Below, piece by piece: positions 61,677 through 64,000 of a DNA stretch of 64,000 nt. Position 1 is the first letter of the stretch; every line of letters starts with the position of its first letter. The translations under genes and the position numbers were made by a program. The DNA comes from Gekko japonicus (lineage: Eukaryota): assembly GCF_001447785.1 (NCBI RefSeq), contig NW_015177015.1, positions 396,165 through 460,164 on the forward strand, read 5' to 3'. The notes beneath the pieces were generated by a model. It saw only the letters and a list, made by a program, of their open reading frames with translations, had not been told where the DNA came from and did not search any database.

Positions 61677-62918
61677 GTGAGTATACTTGGTTGGATGATT
61701 GCAATCTGATGTACAAATCAATCCTAGGTATATTTATTTGGAAGGCAGTCACACAACTCAGTAGGACTTCTGTGCAAGTCTACATAGGATTGGACGGTAA
61801 AACTGTAGTGTTAGAATAAAAGTGGGCTTTATTCCTTTGAAGTCCCAGGATTTAAAGGGAGATTCACAAAATCTTTCGTATGCAGAGTCAGTCCATGTTA
61901 CAGTTGTCTGCTTAGAGAAGCGTCCATCTCATTGCGAATCATTTCTTCATTTTGTCATTTACTGCACGATTAAGTACTCCTTTATATTACTCTACCTGAA
62001 AGAGCTACTGTAAATACAATTGAGATGCTGTATGTTATGTGCTTTAGATCTCCCCCCCTTCTCTATGGGAGCAACTGGGCTAATAGTCCATATGTTCTAT
62101 AATAGTAAGAATTATAAGAATATTTTTATCTCCATAATCGCTTAAATCACTTTTATTCCTTTATTGAGATGGAAAGCAGATAAAATAGCTTTAATATTAA
62201 GATGGTGAATTTTGGGTGGAGAATGAAAGCAGAACAATGGGGACAGGTACAAACTAAAGAGGGTTTTCTACATACTTGGAGAAATCTCACCTGTATGCAG
62301 AAAAATGCTACAGTTTGTCTTACAGTACAATCCTAAGGACACTTTTCTGGGAATAAGCCCCATTGAGTAGACTTCAGCAGACTTCTGAGTAGACCTGTTT
62401 AGGATTGTTCTTTTAATCCCCTTAATTGCCAGGGGAGCAACAAAAAGTAATGATAAAAGTGCAGATGGAAGCTATGGTGATTATTATTACACAGAAAGAG
62501 TGGAAAATAAGTGGTTACCACAAATTTGCAGCCTCCCTGAAGCTTCCAAAAATCCAAATAAATCTCAAAGTTTGTTGTTGTTCAGTTGCACAGTCGAGTC
62601 CGACTCTTCGCGAGAATGGAGGAAGCACCAAATGCAAGTGGAATCTGCTTCCTTTGAGCTAAATAGCAATGGAAATCTTGGGGGGAGAGAAGATGAGAAA
62701 TTTCCCTTCCCTACAGGCCCCAGCTTGTTTTAATCTAACTTTAATTTAACAGGGTTAAATTTTAGCCCCCAATGAAATTTATAAAACATAACTGAGTCAT
62801 TTCATTGAAGTCAGGATTTAATTCTTTCTTAATGATACTTTACAGTGCTGTAAATCTTATTTGATGGAATCTTTTAACAACATATTGCATATTAATTTGT
62901 ACAATTTTAAATGTTTAG

Positions 62919-62962
62919 ACTTGGAATATAAAGAAGGGGAGCTTCAAACAGAAGAATTTTCT
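62919..62962 (+). CDS. HSPB11: HSPB11/IFT25 coding exon 4 (DLEYKEGELQTEEFS); last exon lies beyond the window
   Basis: TAG/GTGAGT bounded, 44 nt, in phase. Confidence 0.92.
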
Positions 62963-63299
62963 GTGAGTGCATATCATTATTATTGTGACATGTACAAGAA
63001 CAGATAACTTTGAAAAACACCTTGAATTAGCCCAGTTAAGATGTCTGAAAGAGGTTTAGAAACATCCACAATAAAACTTGAAAAGGGAGCTTCATGATTA
63101 TTACATACAATAGTATTGTATAGTCATTGTCCAAAATTCAGAGACTGTTAATCATCCTATGGGACTGAAATTATTAAGTTACTGTGGTAAATGTTGTCAG
63201 TGACTGTTACAAGGATTGTCCCCACTCACTGATCTTTTATGCATTTTGTACATTTATTCATGAATACATAAGTTCTTGTATTGTGAGAAAGGGAGAAAA

Positions 63300-63628
63300 G
63301 TACTTCTTTCTCAACCTGCTCTATCCCATACATAATCTTATAAACTTCGATCATGTCACCCCTCAGCCGTCGTTTCTCCAAGCTAAAGAGCCCCAAGCGT
63401 TTTTAACCTTTCTTCATAGGGAAAGTGTTCCAACCCTTTTATCATTCTAGTTGGCCTTTTCTGCACTTTTTCCAATGCTATAATATCCTTTTTGAGGTGT
63501 GGTGACCAGCCATACATTACTATTGGAAATACCATTGCTTTGACCATATGGACTTTTGTTGGCAGGGTGATGTCTCTACTTTTTATTATGCTGTCTAGGT
63601 TTGCCATCACTTTCCTCCCAAGGAGGAA
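63300..63628 (-). mobile_element. CR1 fragment (~63300-63508) abutting a BovB fragment (~63509-63628)
   Basis: LLGRKVMANLDSIIKSRDITLPTKVHMVKAMVFP (BovB) runs into WSPHLKKDIIALEKVQKRPTRMIKGLE (CR1). Confidence 0.85.
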
Positions 63629-64000
63629 ATTTCCCTTCCAATCTGTGCAGCTATCAACCAGAGGCATGAAGTTTCCTGTACACAGGAGCCAGAAAATCTG
63701 CCTTGCCTGGCCAACCACTCATGGGGCCAAGATTTATTATTTTCATTTGTAGTCCGCCTTTCTGACTGGGACCCAAGGCAGATTATAAATGTGGTAGCCA
63801 AAGGAGCGGTATTTATGAGCCTGTTTTTTTTGCTGCACCTCTCCTATGCTTGCTCCACTTAGGTTTTGGTTTCTCATAGATGAATATTATGGCCCCTCCT
63901 ATTAATCCCATAACGGGACTGGTAGTGGATTACCCAGCTCTTTGGCAGTACTGGCTGTTCCTGTGTTGGGTCAGATCTGCCCAGGATAACTCTCCCGATG

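Overview
Vertebrate genomic DNA, almost certainly a squamate reptile (Sauria SINEs, BovB, 5S-headed SINEs, squamate-type L2/CR1; gecko-like is only an inference). It covers the conserved block TCEANC2(-) / TMEM59(+) / LDLRAD1(+) / LRRC42(-) / HSPB11=IFT25(+, last exon outside the window), with two head-to-head promoters. I reconstructed the exons by hand with GT-AG sites and consistent phases: TCEANC2 208 aa, TMEM59 324/325 aa, LRRC42 417 aa. The most unusual object is a young, 5'-truncated DIRS1-type tyrosine-recombinase retrotransposon (~37933-41572, minus strand) inside LDLRAD1. Its gag is fused directly to the middle of LDLRAD1 exon 3 (the transmembrane exon), whose 5' half and normal splice acceptor are missing. 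Its gag stop sits in G_GGU_UUU_UGA_C, where a -1 slip would enter a 650-codon ORF leading to the recombinase and stop readthrough would enter the RT-RNaseH-methyltransferase ORF. Other points: a CR1 fragment starting exactly at an LRRC42 splice donor, hAT MITEs with 8-bp TSDs carrying octamer motifs and a Penelope-like piece, a Penelope hammerhead remnant, a NAGNAG acceptor in TMEM59, and RFX X-box-like motifs at LDLRAD1 and IFT25. Gene identities rest on recalled similarity to the human proteins; no database search was run.
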